From the NCBI GenBank assembly GCA_964591245.1, contig CAZPZZ010000002.1, positions 2,896 through 66,895 of the forward strand: a DNA stretch of 64,000 bases, in the 5' to 3' direction. The notes under the pieces are model-generated. The model was not told where the DNA came from. It did not search any database and worked only from the letters and a program-made list of their open reading frames with translations. Source of the DNA: an uncultured Vicinamibacteraceae bacterium. Its GTDB lineage: Bacteria > Acidobacteriota > Vicinamibacteria > Vicinamibacterales > UBA8438. Below are positions 8,937-18,354 of the stretch, in pieces; position 1 is the stretch's first letter, and every line of letters begins with the position of its first letter. A program made the position numbers and the translations under genes.

Positions 8937-10862
8937 CTACGTTGTCGCCTGAGCAAGGGCGGCTAGATCGATGCTAATGGTGATGCGGGCCTTGGCGTTC
9001 TCCATGTAGGCAGAGAAGAATTGGCTCTGGCGTTCGGCCACGAGTTCCTGGTGGAGTGACTCACGAGTTGTCTCGAAGTCCTCGTCGTCAGCTTCCTGCC
9101 GTTCGTGCACGTGGAGGATGACGGCGGAGTTCCCGGTCAGTACCGGGTCGCTGGTTTCACCGACGTTCATGGAAAAGGCCATTGCCTCTACATCGGCGTT
9201 CAGTCCCACCCCGGGGACGGCTGCACCGCGCGCAATGAGGTCGCTGCTGTTGACGATCAGTTCCTCACCTTCAGCGGCAGCCGTAAAGTCGTCTGCGTCC
9301 TGGAGCGTCGTGGCGATCTCGTTCGCTCGTTCCTGGGCGGTCACGAATGCCTTGCGCCGAATCACATCGTCGCGCACGCGAGCCTCGACCTCTTCCAATG
9401 GAGGCACGTATGGATCCTGGATGCCAGTGATGGTCAGAAAGGCCGGGCCAGACTGGGTTTCGATGGGGCCGGCGACTTCACCTTCCTCGAGTTGAAATGC
9501 TTGCGAGCTGATCTGTGGCGAAAAACCCAGACCGAGAATCGGCTCACCGGGTCCCGCGAAACCACTTTCCTGTGGCTCAAGACCACGCCGACGGGCTGCC
9601 GTATCGAGTTCGGCCGCCTCGGTGACCTCAGCCGCCATGGCCTGAGCCAGAGCTGAGGCCCTGGCTTCGGCACGTTCTTGTTTCAACAGATCAACGATCG
9701 TGCCGCGCACCTCGTCAATCGCCTGGATTGCCCCGCCGCTTTTTTCGGTGGCTTTGATGATGTGCACTCCGAACATGCTGGTTACCGGATCGCTGATTTC
9801 ATCTTGCTCTAGCTCGAAGGCGGCCCCTTCGAACTCCGGTACCATCTGGCCTCGAGCGATCAGTCCAAGATCGCCGCCAACTTCTTTGGTCGTGTCATCC
9901 TCGGAGTGCTGCTGGGCGAGTTCGGCGAAGTCCGCGCCGGCTCGAGCTTCGGCGATAATCGATTCAGCTCGCGCCTGAATGTCTTCCGCGTTCTCCTCGT
10001 CAGCACGTAGCAAGATGTGACTCGCCCGGAGTGTGACTGGTTCCGAGTATCGGTCGAGATTACTGTCGTAGTATCCCTGCACGTCCGCGTCGCTGGGTGC
10101 GAAGGACTCCTTGAGTTCGGGGATGTCGATGAGGACGAATCGTAGGCGCCGCTTTTCCGGCACGAGGTAATCGTTGGCGTTTTGCTCGTACAGAGCCGAC
10201 ACGTCCTCGTCGGTAGCCTCGACGCCTTCCCGAAAGTCGTCGGCGCGAAACGATATCGCACTCATGCGGACGCGTTCGTTGCGGCGGATATGCTCTTGTT
10301 TGACGTCTTCATCGGTCACGGTGATCCAGTCCGTCACTGCGGTCTGGAGGCGTTGGAGCATGAGAGACCGGCGTACGTCTTCTTCGAATTGACCGGGGGC
10401 GATCGGCGGTTGTTGACTTCGGAGGACCTGGAGATAGGCCGCTTCCCCGATGAATTGTCCGTTCTGCTGGAATGGCGCCATCGTGACGATGCTTTCCCGT
10501 ACTTCCGCATCGGTAACGGTCACGCCGACGCGTTGGGCTTCCTGTAAGGCCGCGTATTCGTCGATGGTCTGTTGGAGCAGTTGCCGGTCGATGCCCATCG
10601 AGCGAAGGATCTCTGGGGTGATCTGGCCACCAGACTGCGCCTGATAACTTTGAAGCTGCCGGAGATAGACCTGGCGAAATTCCCCGACCGTGATTTCTTC
10701 GTCGCCAACCTGGGCAAGTACGTCGGTCAGGGCCCCAACCGGCGTATTGGGCACTGGTTGGACGAACGATGGCACGTAGAGAAAGACGAAGGCCAAACAG
10801 ACCAGAAATAGACTCCACTTGAGCCAACCCTTGTGCCGCCGCATGCTATCCAGCATCGTCAT
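8937..10862 (-). CDS. Periplasmic chaperone/peptidyl-prolyl isomerase, PpiD-like (SurA-N domain plus parvulin domain)
   Basis: N-terminal anchor MLDSMRRHKGWLKWSLFLVCLAFVFLYVP is typical of PpiD. A central parvulin PPIase segment is present: LRASHILLRAD...GGDLGLIARGQMVPEFEGAAFEL...GVHIIKAT. Confidence 0.8.
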   Translation of the reverse strand: MTMLDSMRRHKGWLKWSLFLVCLAFVFLYVPSFVQPVPNTPVGALTDVLAQVGDEEITVGEFRQVYLRQLQSYQAQSGGQITPEILRSMGIDRQLLQQTIDEYAALQEAQRVGVTVTDAEVRESIVTMAPFQQNGQFIGEAAYLQVLRSQQPPIAPGQFEEDVRRSLMLQRLQTAVTDWITVTDEDVKQEHIRRNERVRMSAISFRADDFREGVEATDEDVSALYEQNANDYLVPEKRRLRFVLIDIPELKESFAPSDADVQGYYDSNLDRYSEPVTLRASHILLRADEENAEDIQARAESIIAEARAGADFAELAQQHSEDDTTKEVGGDLGLIARGQMVPEFEGAAFELEQDEISDPVTSMFGVHIIKATEKSGGAIQAIDEVRGTIVDLLKQERAEARASALAQAMAAEVTEAAELDTAARRRGLEPQESGFAGPGEPILGLGFSPQISSQAFQLEEGEVAGPIETQSGPAFLTITGIQDPYVPPLEEVEARVRDDVIRRKAFVTAQERANEIATTLQDADDFTAAAEGEELIVNSSDLIARGAAVPGVGLNADVEAMAFSMNVGETSDPVLTGNSAVILHVHERQEADDEDFETTRESLHQELVAERQSQFFSAYMENAKARITISIDLAALAQATT

Positions 10863-11240
10863 CGTTCGTGTAGCTCCAGCAATTACGGTTTTCTGTTGTG
10901 GTTCGGAATGTCCCTGTGTTTACGTCCAGCGCCCTCTACCTTCAAGGACTAAGCCCTTCATTGTACGACAGGATATTCACCCCCAGCAAACGCGCCATAC
11001 GACTTTCTTGTTCAGGCAATCTCCGCTCGATGAGTTGGGACTCTGCGCGGGGAGATTACGGCTGTCGGATCCAGCTTATATGGTATATTTCCGAGCTACT
11101 GAGGGACTTAGGGGGAGGCTGATGGTACGGGCCAAGATCAGTTCTGTCTTTCGCCTGTCTGGCGTGTTGCACCGGCCGTACTGTCTCGCTCCTCCGGAAC
11201 AGGTTGACAGCGTTCGGTTCTGACTGCGTGGTTACCCGTT

Positions 11241-12686
11241 GTGCATGCCTCGAGGCGCATGTTACGCCGTATTGGGACGACGCTAGCTGTCTTTCATAGC
11301 GCTGATTCTGACGTCCAGTCCCACGTCGCACCGTTGCGACGTCTACCCGAGTACAGTGTCATTTGCCGCGTGCAGTCCCGTGCTTTTGACGACGAGGTTG
11401 GCGCTACGTTGCCCGGTTTTGTGCTGTGGGAGCTGGCGCCGGGGCGTCGCCCGAACTGGCGGCGGCTTCATGCGGTCGCCCAGGGTGCCCGCGTCGTGTC
11501 GTATTCCGCCGATACCACGGCTATGGTGATGGAGCGCTCACGACGGTTTGGGTTTAGCTCCCATTTGACGGCGCCCTTGCGACCGATCGAGGTCGCGCAC
11601 CAGGTGGCGATCGGCGCGCCGGGCGACCTTGCGATTCGTTGGCGTACTGCTCGTTCATCGCTGATACGGTTCCTGGGGCGGCTCGATACAGTGAATCAGC
11701 TGGTCCGTGATGCTGCAGAGAGGTTTGACCCTGTCGAGGTGGCCGAGGCGTTGGTCCATCGGGCTGCGGCCTGGCTGCCCGGGACGCGCTGGGCGATGGT
11801 TGCCCTTGACGATGCCGCGGCAGCGAGGGTGCTCGCAGGCTGGAGGCTCGCTGCCCCGCTCCATCCGGTGGCGTGTGCATTGGGGTTGCAGGCAATGAAA
11901 TCTCAGGCGCCACATGGCGTCGCTGATCTCAGTGATGATCGTCGCCATGTCGCAGGGCCTGCCGCGGCAGCGCTGGCCATTCCGTTGCGTTGCCGCGGGA
12001 GTGTCGTTGGTGCGCTGGTCGGCCTCGATGAGGCACCCTCGGCCAGGCGACCTGAGGTGTCTCGACGGTTGACGGAAGTCCTCGCGAAGGTGCTTGAGCC
12101 AGGTGCGCTGGCACTCGATAATGCGATCCGGCTCAGCCGTATGCAGGAACTGACGGTGACGGATGATCTCACCCAGTTGTTCAATGCGCGGTACCTCAAC
12201 GAAGTCATCCGGCGAGAAGGAAAGCGCGCGGCGCGCTCAGCGCTTCCACTTTCGGTTCTCTTTCTCGATTTAGACGGATTCAAGGACGTCAACGACAGCT
12301 ACGGGCATCTCAACGGCAGCCGTGCGTTAGCTGAGGTCGGGAAGCTGCTTGGTGATTGTGCGCGGGAAAGCGATACGGTCGCGCGTTACGGCGGCGATGA
12401 GTTCGTTGTCGTGTTGCCAGAGACTGATAGTCATGGGGCACTGGTGGTTGCCGAGCGGATCCGTCGGTGCATCAACGGATATGTGTTCCTGATTGATCAG
12501 GGTTGCCATGTGCGGCTCACGGTGTCCACGGGTATCGCCACACTTCCCGACAGTGTCAGGTTGGTCGATCGGTTGCTGGCCACCGCAGACGAAGCGATGT
12601 ATTGGATCAAGAACAATGGTAAGCACGGGGTCAGACTGGCCGCCGCGGCTGTTGGCTCTGTGATCAAGGAGGATTCCAGTCGTTGA
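11241..12686 (+). CDS. GAF domain-containing diguanylate cyclase (GGDEF) with RxxD inhibitory site
   Basis: C-terminal GGDEF domain: [12 protein letters not shown]...[17 protein letters not shown]...[22 protein letters not shown]. The GGDEF codons lie at 12389-12403. RESD sits 5 residues upstream, at the I-site position. A GAF-like segment precedes the domain. The N-terminal ~130 aa are unassigned and the start codon is uncertain. Confidence 0.85.
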   Translation: MHASRRMLRRIGTTLAVFHSADSDVQSHVAPLRRLPEYSVICRVQSRAFDDEVGATLPGFVLWELAPGRRPNWRRLHAVAQGARVVSYSADTTAMVMERSRRFGFSSHLTAPLRPIEVAHQVAIGAPGDLAIRWRTARSSLIRFLGRLDTVNQLVRDAAERFDPVEVAEALVHRAAAWLPGTRWAMVALDDAAAARVLAGWRLAAPLHPVACALGLQAMKSQAPHGVADLSDDRRHVAGPAAAALAIPLRCRGSVVGALVGLDEAPSARRPEVSRRLTEVLAKVLEPGALALDNAIRLSRMQELTVTDDLTQLFNARYLNEVIRREGKRAARSALPLSVLFLDLDGFKDVNDSYGHLNGSRALAEVGKLLGDCARESDTVARYGGDEFVVVLPETDSHGALVVAERIRRCINGYVFLIDQGCHVRLTVSTGIATLPDSVRLVDRLLATADEAMYWIKNNGKHGVRLAAAAVGSVIKEDSSR

Positions 12687-13708
12687 GTATCCGCTCCGTA
12701 TTTGCGTTGTTTTCCAGTGATCTGGCCATCGATCTTGGCACGGCCAATACCTGCGTGTACGCCCGTGGCAAAGGGATTGTCGTCAACGAACCTTCTATCG
12801 TCGCCATCAACAAGGTGACTGGTCGCGTCGAGGCCGTAGGACGCGAAGCGAAGGAGATGGTCGGACGTACGCCGGGAAACATCGTGGCTATCAGGCCGAT
12901 GAGGGATGGGGTGATCGCTGATTTCGACATCACCGAGAAGATGTTGAATTACTTCATCAAGAAGGCGCACGACCGTACCGTCTGGGTGAGGCCGAGGATC
13001 GTCATTGGGGTGCCGTCAGAGATCACGCAGGTGGAGAAGCGTGCGGTCAAGGACAGCGCATATCGGGCCAAGGCGAGTGAGGTGCACTTGGTGGAGGAGG
13101 CTATGGCCGCGGCCATTGGTGCCGGGATGCCGATTACCGAGCCGTGCGGCAACATGATTGTCGATATCGGGGGAGGCACGACTGATATCGCCGTCATCTC
13201 GTTGGCAGGCATCGTCTATAGCAAAGCGGTGCGTGTGGCAGGCAACGAGATGGATGAGGCAATCACGCAATACATCAAGAAAACTTACAATTTGCTGATC
13301 GGCGAACGAACCTCAGAAGCGATCAAGATGAACGTGGGTTCTGCGTATGGGTTGGATGCGAGGATTACGATGGAGATCAAGGGGCGCCACCTGATTGAAG
13401 GCGTTCCGAAAACCATTACCATCACTGACGAGGAAATTCGTGAAGCGTTAGCCGAGACGGTCAATGTCATCGTGGACGCGGTGCGCGTGGCCCTTGAACG
13501 TACCCCCCCGGAATTGTCGGCCGACATCGTTGATCGAGGTATTGTGCTCACGGGGGGAGGAGCATTACTCAAGAACCTCGATAAGCGACTCCGAGAAGAG
13601 ACCGGCCTTCCGTTGGCGATGGCTGAGGACCCACTGTCGTCCGTCGTGTTGGGGGCAGGCAAGATGCTGCTAGATTTCGGATTGCTACGAAAGATTTCGA
13701 TTGCTTGA
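12683..13708 (+). CDS. mreB: Rod shape-determining protein MreB
   Basis: [46 protein letters not shown] and [15 protein letters not shown] are actin-fold MreB signatures. The TTG start at 12683 gives the same N-terminal length as characterised MreB proteins. Confidence 0.95.
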   Translation: MSIRSVFALFSSDLAIDLGTANTCVYARGKGIVVNEPSIVAINKVTGRVEAVGREAKEMVGRTPGNIVAIRPMRDGVIADFDITEKMLNYFIKKAHDRTVWVRPRIVIGVPSEITQVEKRAVKDSAYRAKASEVHLVEEAMAAAIGAGMPITEPCGNMIVDIGGGTTDIAVISLAGIVYSKAVRVAGNEMDEAITQYIKKTYNLLIGERTSEAIKMNVGSAYGLDARITMEIKGRHLIEGVPKTITITDEEIREALAETVNVIVDAVRVALERTPPELSADIVDRGIVLTGGGALLKNLDKRLREETGLPLAMAEDPLSSVVLGAGKMLLDFGLLRKISIA

Positions 13709-14546
13709 TTTCAGCCGTCGAACCGCCGCGATGCTCCTGGCCGTTGTGCTTGGCCAGGTGGTGCTGATTTCCCTCCAAATCAACACGAAGTCTGGCGTAC
13801 GCCTCTTTGAGGGTGTGACCTTCGGTGCGTTTTCAGAAGTGCAGCGTGGTGTCAGCGGACTGGCCGGCTCCGTTGCAGAGTTCTGGGCGGGCTATGTGGA
13901 GTTACGCTCTACTGGGGCTGAGAATGACGAGTTACGGCGGGATCTGGCCGTATTGCGTTTTCGGTTGCAACGGGAACGGGCGCTCGCACAGCGGGTGCGT
14001 GGTCTTGAGGAGTTGCTCGGTCTACGTCGAGAAATCGAATTCCCGACGCTGAGCGCGAGAGTCATTGCGGGTGACGCGACTCCCTATTTTCGAACCGTGA
14101 CCATCGATCGTGGCACGCGTGATGGGCTGCGGCGTGATTTGGCCGTTGTCTCGCCCAGCGGCGTGGTCGGACGGGTGTTTAGTGAGCCTGGTCCACGGGC
14201 CTCCCGCGTGCAACTCCTTATCGACCGGAGTGCTGCGGCCGGTGCGCTAATTGAGCGCACGCGGGTGGCTGGACTCGTGATGGGTGATGCCACTGAGGGC
14301 GAACTCCGGATGGAGTATGTCTCGAATCTTGAAGACGTCAAGATCGGCGATATGGTTGTAACTTCAGGTACGGACGGCATTTACCCGAAAGGATTTCCGA
14401 TCGGTGAAGTGTCCACGGTACGTCGGGGTTCGGGCCTGTATCGCATGATCGCAGTACGGCCGGTGGTGGATTTTAGCGATCTCGAGGACGTATTGGTTAT
14501 CGTGTCAGAGTCGGCGTCGGCCGCGATGGCGGCAGGAGGGGAATGA
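13701..14546 (+). CDS. mreC: Rod shape-determining protein MreC
   Basis: It lies directly after mreB with an 8-nt overlap. It has an N-terminal TM helix, a coiled-coil segment ([19 protein letters not shown]) and beta-barrel segments ([22 protein letters not shown]). Confidence 0.9.
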   Translation: MLDFSRRTAAMLLAVVLGQVVLISLQINTKSGVRLFEGVTFGAFSEVQRGVSGLAGSVAEFWAGYVELRSTGAENDELRRDLAVLRFRLQRERALAQRVRGLEELLGLRREIEFPTLSARVIAGDATPYFRTVTIDRGTRDGLRRDLAVVSPSGVVGRVFSEPGPRASRVQLLIDRSAAAGALIERTRVAGLVMGDATEGELRMEYVSNLEDVKIGDMVVTSGTDGIYPKGFPIGEVSTVRRGSGLYRMIAVRPVVDFSDLEDVLVIVSESASAAMAAGGE

Positions 14547-15052
14547 AGGGGGTATGGGTCGGGGCAGGGCTCATACTTGCCTTGGTATGTCAGACGACCC
14601 TCGTGCCGGAAGTAGGAGGAGCCGGAGCGCCGGTAGATTTGGTGCTCGTCGTTGTGATCAGCGTGGCGATTACCGGGGGGCCGTTGGCGGGCATGTGGAC
14701 AGGCGCTGTGGGTGGTCTATTGCAAGATAGTCTCTCTGGCGGTGTGATAGGGGTCGGGGGACTGGTCAAGACGCTAGTGGGGCATGCGTCCGGCCAGGTA
14801 GGCGCGTATTTCATGGTCACGCGCTCGTGGCATCAGTTCCTCGTGTTCCTCTTCGGGTCCGTGGCCCACGCGGGATGTTTCATCGGAATTTACAGCCTCT
14901 TGTCGACGACGAAGCCCATGAGTTCGTACCGGGCGGTGCTGATTCAGGCGGCGATCAATGCGGTTCTTGGTGTCATCATGGCGATCGGCCTGCAGGTCGC
15001 ACCGAGTGTGTTGGCACGTCGTCGGCTCCGACGTCGGTGGCCGACACGGTAA
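14543..15052 (+). CDS. mreD: Rod shape-determining protein MreD
   Basis: The start overlaps the mreC stop by 4 nt. It is a small polytopic membrane protein with the LLQDSLSGGVIG segment typical of MreD. Confidence 0.8.
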   Translation: MKGVWVGAGLILALVCQTTLVPEVGGAGAPVDLVLVVVISVAITGGPLAGMWTGAVGGLLQDSLSGGVIGVGGLVKTLVGHASGQVGAYFMVTRSWHQFLVFLFGSVAHAGCFIGIYSLLSTTKPMSSYRAVLIQAAINAVLGVIMAIGLQVAPSVLARRRLRRRWPTR

Positions 15053-15113
15053 AAGTACGTCGCGAGAGTGACGATTTTGTGAAGCAGCGCTATATTTACG
15101 CCCGAGTCGTGAC

Positions 15114-17003
15114 ATGACAGACTTTACCCCCAACGAGTTCAAGGCTGGCCACGACGACGTGACGCAGCCTATGCTCCTGCTGCGATTTGCGGTGGTGCTG
15201 GCGTTTGTCGCGCTTGGTGTCGGCTTCTGGCTTCTGCAGATTGCCCAGCACGATAAGTATCATCGGCTTGCCGAAAGGAACCACCAACGTACGCTGGCCC
15301 TGACCGCTCCGCGGGGAGCGGTCTTCGACCGTGACGGTCGCGTGCTGGTTCAAAACCGAAATTCGCTGAATATCTCTGTCGTTCCCGAGCAGGTCGATGA
15401 TCTGGAGGGCATGCTGGTCTTGCTCTCTGAGGTTGCTGAGGTTCCACTCCCGAGTTTACGGGGGATTCTCGAACGGCACCGACGCGATCCCGTCTATCGA
15501 CCGGTGGTACTGGTTCGTGATGCGAGCCTTGTTCAAGTGGCGGCCGTCGCGGCGCGTGCGCGGGAGCTTCCAGGCCTCTTTGTTCAGCAGCTTCCCACCC
15601 GCTACTACCCAGCTCGACAGGTTGGTGCGCATTTGTTCGGCTACGTCGGCGAGGTCAGCGACGCCCAACTGCGGTTGGACGAGTTTGCCGACGTTCGCAG
15701 TGGTACGGTGGTCGGTAAGTCGGGAATCGAACGCGTCTACAACCAACTGCTGATGGGGTTCGACGGTGCCCGTCGCGTTGTTGTCGACAACATTGGTCGT
15801 GAGATCGACACGATTGGGGAAGTTCCCCCCGTCGAAGGTCGGCAGCTTCAGCTCACCCTCGACTTCGATCTGCAGCAAGCTGCAGAAGATGCATTCCGGG
15901 CCTCTGGCTTTGACGGGGCGGCGGTGGTGCTTGATCCACGCTCGGGCGAAATCCTCGCGTTTGTCAGCCTTCCGGCCTATGACCCGAACGCGTTCGCGCT
16001 GGGGATCGACAGTGAGACGTGGGCAACGCTCAACCGCGATTGGCGCCGTCCCTTGAACAATCGGGTCCTGCGTGGGCGCTACTCGCCAGGGTCGACGTTC
16101 AAGATTGCCATGGCGGTTGCCGCGATCGAAGAAGGGGTCGTGGACCCGGATTTCCGTGTAATGTGTGGTGGTGGAGGGCGTTACTACGGTCGTTTCTACC
16201 AGTGCCACTCGACCCACGGGTCGGTCGATATGCGGGAGGCGCTCGAGAAGTCCTGCAATACGTATTTCTATACCCTCGGCGAACGGATGCAGATCGACCA
16301 AATCCACAAGTGGGCCACCGCGTTGGGGTTGGGTGAATTTACGGGGGTTGACCTTCCTCACGAGGTCCGTGGGTTGGTTCCCTCGACCACCTGGAAACGA
16401 GAGCGGCGCAACGAACCTTGGTATCCTGGTGAGACGATTTCCGTGGCGATTGGCCAAGGGCCGGTCTCGGTTACCCCTATCTCTCTAGCCGTGATGATGG
16501 CTACTATTGCGAATGGGGGCACCCGCGTGACGCCCCATTTATTGAAAGCCGTGAACGACGGGAACGGTTTTGAGCCGATACCTCGTCCGGTACCTCAATC
16601 CCGAGTCGAGATAAGCCCAGAAACCCTCGAGGCGGTTACCGAGGGGCTCTGGTACGTGGTCAATCGGGCTGGAACCGGAGGGCGTGGTCGTATCGAAGGT
16701 AAGGATGTGTTCGGGAAGACCGGGACCGCACAGGTGATCTCTTTGCAGGGGCGTGCCGCCGCCGGTGATACCGAGCGAGATCTCAGAGACCATGGATGGT
16801 TCGTGTTTGCCGCGCCGGCTGGTGCGCCCGAGATCGCAGGGGTAGTGTTCGGTGAACACAACGAACACGGCTATTTGTCGGCGCCGATTGCGAAGCAGGT
16901 AATGGAGACCTACTTTGCGAAGAAAGAGGAACGCTCCCGTCTGGCGCTTCCCAGGATAGCTCCGCCGGAGACGGACCCGGCGTTGGCGGCGGCCAATGAG
17001 TAA
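15114..17003 (+). CDS. mrdA: Penicillin-binding protein 2 (elongasome transpeptidase)
   Basis: N-terminal anchor plus PBP dimerisation domain. Transpeptidase motifs STFK, SCN and KTGT are present. It sits in the mreBCD-mrdA-rodA context. Confidence 0.9.
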   Translation: MTDFTPNEFKAGHDDVTQPMLLLRFAVVLAFVALGVGFWLLQIAQHDKYHRLAERNHQRTLALTAPRGAVFDRDGRVLVQNRNSLNISVVPEQVDDLEGMLVLLSEVAEVPLPSLRGILERHRRDPVYRPVVLVRDASLVQVAAVAARARELPGLFVQQLPTRYYPARQVGAHLFGYVGEVSDAQLRLDEFADVRSGTVVGKSGIERVYNQLLMGFDGARRVVVDNIGREIDTIGEVPPVEGRQLQLTLDFDLQQAAEDAFRASGFDGAAVVLDPRSGEILAFVSLPAYDPNAFALGIDSETWATLNRDWRRPLNNRVLRGRYSPGSTFKIAMAVAAIEEGVVDPDFRVMCGGGGRYYGRFYQCHSTHGSVDMREALEKSCNTYFYTLGERMQIDQIHKWATALGLGEFTGVDLPHEVRGLVPSTTWKRERRNEPWYPGETISVAIGQGPVSVTPISLAVMMATIANGGTRVTPHLLKAVNDGNGFEPIPRPVPQSRVEISPETLEAVTEGLWYVVNRAGTGGRGRIEGKDVFGKTGTAQVISLQGRAAAGDTERDLRDHGWFVFAAPAGAPEIAGVVFGEHNEHGYLSAPIAKQVMETYFAKKEERSRLALPRIAPPETDPALAAANE

Positions 17004-17012
17004 CCGAGAGTC

Positions 17013-18116
17013 TTGATGCTGGAGCAGAGACTGTATCGTCACATCGATTGGTTGCTTCTGGCGGCCCTGATATTGCTATGTTGCATCGGGGTCATGATGA
17101 TTTACAGCACCACCTACGATCCGTCGGCCGGAATGGCGAGTTCGTTGGTCTCTACCCAGCTCTGGGCGCTTGGGCTGGGGGGATTGGCCTTGGCCGTGAC
17201 GTTGTCCATCGACTATCGGTGGTTCGCTGATTCGGCGTTGGTGATCTTTATCGGGCTGCTTGTTCTGGTTGGCTATGCGTTGTTCTTCGGGACAACTGGG
17301 GGCGGCGCTCGTCGCTGGATTGATCTGGGCGTGTTTAATTTGCAGCCATCTGAGTTTGCGCGCTCGGTCGTGGCGCTGACGCTCGCCGCCGCGCTCGCGC
17401 ACCGTCGCCGTGGGCCACTCACTGGAAAAGCCTGGCTGCTGACTGGTGTTGTATTGGGGTTGCCCTTTCTCTTGATCGCCCAGCAGCCAGATCTCGGCAC
17501 GGCCGTGACGTTACTGCCTGTGGCGTTTGCGATTCTGGTCTTCGCGGGGTTACCGCTGCGTTATGTCGCGGTGCTTGTCCTGTTAGCCGTCCTGTCGGCT
17601 CCGGTGGCTTGGGCCTACGGGCTCGAGGACTACCAGCGACAGCGAATTTCGAGCTTTTTGGATCCGGAACAGGATGCCCAGGGGGCTGGGTATCAGCAGA
17701 TCCAGGCACGTATTACCGTTGGTTCTGGGGGCCCAATCGGAAAAGGGTTCCTCAAGGGGACGCAGAGTCAGTACAACTTTCTTCCGGTAGCACACAACGA
17801 TTTTATCTTTTCTGTTTTGGCCGAAGAGCAGGGTTTCTTGGGGGTAATTATCTCTCTCGGGTTGTATCTCTTCGTCATTCTGCGGGGACTCGAGGCTGCC
17901 AGGCTCGCGAAGGACCGTCTGGGAACCTACCTCGTCGTCGGCATAATGTCAGGATTTGCATTTCAGGTGATTTACAACGTTGCGATGTCGGCGGGACTCG
18001 CGCCGGTGAAAGGGTTGACGTTGCCGTTAATGAGCTACGGTGGCTCATCCGTTATTGCTACGCTAGCGGCGTTTGGGCTCATTCTTAACGTGAGGATGAG
18101 AAGATTTACGAACTAG
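17013..18116 (+). CDS. rodA: Peptidoglycan glycosyltransferase RodA (SEDS family)
   Basis: FtsW/RodA/SpoVE signatures are present: QPSEFAR, NDFIFSVLAEEQGFLG and LTLPLMSYGGSS. It lies immediately downstream of mrdA. Confidence 0.9.
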   Translation: MMLEQRLYRHIDWLLLAALILLCCIGVMMIYSTTYDPSAGMASSLVSTQLWALGLGGLALAVTLSIDYRWFADSALVIFIGLLVLVGYALFFGTTGGGARRWIDLGVFNLQPSEFARSVVALTLAAALAHRRRGPLTGKAWLLTGVVLGLPFLLIAQQPDLGTAVTLLPVAFAILVFAGLPLRYVAVLVLLAVLSAPVAWAYGLEDYQRQRISSFLDPEQDAQGAGYQQIQARITVGSGGPIGKGFLKGTQSQYNFLPVAHNDFIFSVLAEEQGFLGVIISLGLYLFVILRGLEAARLAKDRLGTYLVVGIMSGFAFQVIYNVAMSAGLAPVKGLTLPLMSYGGSSVIATLAAFGLILNVRMRRFTN

Positions 18117-18354
18117 GGCTTAGGGGGCATCGACGCACGAACGGGAGCCCCCCCAATTCACACGTCGGCGATTCCAGTCCGCAAGGAGAGGGAGCCGCCG
18201 GCACGGCAGTGGTCGAGATTAGCGATGCATATCGCCTTGAGCCGGATCGTCCCGTTGACGCGCGTGAGTGCAGAGCGGCGGTGGGTCCGAGCCAGAGAGG
18301 CTTCCGTGAGTGGATGCCGAACTCGGTTCTATTGCCGCAGCGGGAGTGCCATTG

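Noticed and set aside
11122-11223. A 33-aa sORF (MVRAKISSVFRLSGVLHRPYCLAPPEQVDSVRF) preceded by GGGGGAGG, upstream of the GGDEF gene.
   Set aside because: The Shine-Dalgarno-like run is only 3 nt from the ATG. The peptide has no distinguishing features. There is no way to test conservation here.
15456-16457. Long antisense ORFs in the track. Examples: 15456..16457 (-, 333 aa), 18106..19068 (-, 320 aa), 40689..41276 (-, 195 aa), 34478..35146 (+, 222 aa) and 20..21-kb shadow ORFs.
   Set aside because: Each lies opposite a gene with strong, recognisable family motifs (mrdA, rng, nuoB, the AAA+ ATPase). Their translations are Arg/Pro/Gly-rich with no motifs. This is typical of stop-poor shadow frames in GC-rich DNA.
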